In this document: positions 62,253 through 64,000 of the stretch, piece after piece
Layout: every line of letters begins with the position of its first letter
Position numbering within the stretch: the stretch's first letter is position 1
Origin: Zootoca vivipara
Lineage: Eukaryota
DNA length: 64,000 nucleotides
NCBI RefSeq assembly: GCF_963506605.1
Contig: NC_083294.1
Span: 35,960,001 to 36,024,000, forward strand
Direction: 5' to 3'
Notes under the pieces: model-generated
Database searches by the model: none
Seen by the model: the letters and a program-made list of their open reading frames with translations, nothing else
What the model was told of the DNA's origin: nothing
Translations under genes and position numbers: made by a program

Positions 62253-62564
62253 TCAGTGTACATATGAGAAGTTCTGAAAAGGTTTTGACAGATTGGCATG
62301 GAAGCTTCACACATACCAGCCTGGGATTTTCAACTTTCTCCCAGATCCTTAATACTTCCACTTGTTCTCTGGTCTCTTCCTCCTCTTCCTAGACATCAAC
62401 CTTTTCTAGGCTACAATTCAAAGTCTGCTACAGTGTTCTTCCTATGCTTTCCCCTCCCTGTCTCACAAATTTCTGCCCTCTCTTTCCTCTTCACTTATGT
62501 GAAACACTTACTGGTATTTTTAAATTTGTGGTTGTGTCCCTGGTGTGACCCACATTAAGCACTT

Positions 62565-62645
62565 AAGAACATAATTTGAACCCTGTTGTATTATATCAGA
62601 AATCCATCTAGTCCAGAACTATATTTTGCACGGTGGCCAACCAGC
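62565..62645 (-). mobile_element. CR1 3' tail fragment
   Basis: TAAGAACATAA...CCATCTAGTCCAG...CACGGTGGCCAACCAG. Confidence 0.55.
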
Positions 62646-62841
62646 TCTTTGTGAGGCGATCTCACATTTGAGCTCTTTATGAGACTCAGATGGATGCCAT
62701 CTAGATCTCATGCTTTGTTTAAAAATTGTCAGTAAGATGTAGAATGTTGTCTATTGTCACCTGCCACTGCTTGGCAATTGCCCACATACAAATACATAGA
62801 GTACTAAATGTAATAGCATTGTGAGAACTTTTTTCCAGTTA

Positions 62842-63675
62842 CAGTGGTACCTTGGTTTAAGAACAGCCCTCTTTACAAAATATTCAGTACAAGAACTACA
62901 CAAAACTGGAAGTACCATATATTCTGGCATATAAGACGACTTCTGAACCCAAGAAAATCTTTTCAAAAGTTGGGGGGTCATCTTATACACCGGGTATAAG
63001 ATCTGTGGTTGCCGCATACGGTGGGGGAGCTTTCTTTCCATGCAGGAAGAGGGGGCTGCGCGGGGCTTTCCTCCCTCCTCCCTGGGGGAAAAGAAAGCAG
63101 CAGCCGCTTACTCACATGTAAGCGGCTGCCGCTTTCTTTTGTGGGGCTTTCCTCTCTCCTCCCTGCAGGGAAAGAAAGCAGCAGCCACTTACTCTCTCCC
63201 CCCCCCCGACTCGTCTCTATGCCTGGAACAATAGAGTGCAAGTGGAGCCGGCTCTGGGCTGTGCTCCCTCCCCTTCTTCTTCTCCCCTCCTCTCCCCCCT
63301 CCCTTCCCACTCCACCCCCTCCCCTTATTCTCCATGTCGTCGTCTTCTTCAAGAGCTAACTGCAGTTTTTATTTTATTTTTTGGTGTGCGTTGGAAGTTT
63401 GGGATAAACTCCTTACCGCGAGTATATCCCAAACTCTATATTTTGATTGGAAAAGTAGGGGGTCGTCTTATATGCCCAGTTGCCTTATACGCTGGAATAT
63501 ACGGTAGTGTTCTGGTTAGCGAACTTTACCTCGATCTACAAATGGAAGCCAAACGGTGGAAGGGCACCGGCGACAGGAGGCCTCATTAGGGAAAGTGTGC
63601 CTTGGTTTAAGAATGGCTTCGGTTTAAGAACAGACTTCCAGAAACGGATTAAGTTCGTAAACCAAGGGACCACTG
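62842..63675. mobile_element. Tc1/mariner (Tigger-like) MITE carrying a nested MITE
   Basis: TIRs CAGTGGTACCTTGGTTTAAGAAC / GTTCGTAAACCAAGGGACCACTG. TA TSD at 62840-62841 and 63676-63677. Confidence 0.85.
62915..63504. mobile_element. Tc1/mariner-superfamily MITE nested inside the previous element
   Basis: TIRs CCATATATTCTGGCATATAAGACGAC / GTTGCCTTATACGCTGGAATATACGG. TA TSD at 62913-62914 and 63505-63506. Internal GC-rich ~55-bp direct repeats. Confidence 0.85.
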
Positions 63676-64000
63676 TAGTTAAACATTGCTTACATCACAC
63701 ACTAGGTCCTTTTGCAGAGGGTGCTCTTTTCATATTGGCTCAAAACACTTCACTTGCATTCACCGAGTAATCCTTACAAAAATTCTGCAGACCAAGATGA
63801 TGATTATGATGGATATACTGAAGTGAACAGTTCAGACCTAGTAATGTGGCCTCATTGTGAGTTAATGACTGAACAGAAATTTGAACTCAATATTGTTTGC
63901 TCATAGCTCATTCCGGTACATAGCTTAAGTGTAACACTATACTACTGTCTATAGTATTTCCCTTGCCTAAGACTTCTGTATACCTACATACCTACATATA

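Overview
This is a 64-kb vertebrate non-coding window. The repeat content points to a squamate reptile, most likely a lacertid-type lizard: Sauria/Squam1 SINE, Bov-B, Squam2- and Squam3-like SINEs, and L2, CR1, L1 and RTE LINE fragments. I found no supportable host protein-coding exon, tRNA, rRNA or CRISPR array, so it looks like a large intron or gene desert. Every recognisable ORF is transposon-derived. The window holds many non-autonomous DNA transposons (hAT with 8-bp TSDs, Tc1/mariner-pogo with TA TSDs, PIF/Harbinger-like with a TAA TSD), retroelement fragments with readable target-site duplications (TSDs), microsatellites, and several repeat-free blocks rich in homeodomain motifs that could be enhancers. 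The main observations are: (1) an intact minimal type I hammerhead ribozyme in a ~100-bp Penelope-like insertion (20104-20141, minus); (2) a Bov-B LINE with a twin-priming-type 5' inversion, inserted inside a SINE (14178-14980); (3) three-level nesting of a Tigger transposase fossil, an L2-type tail and a Tigger-like MITE (17120-18615); (4) a hAT MITE built as a palindrome of palindromes with four YY1-type motifs (3030-3366). Family names come from recognition, not database search. Boundaries not anchored by TSDs are approximate. I cannot support a wholly new multi-gene system in this window.
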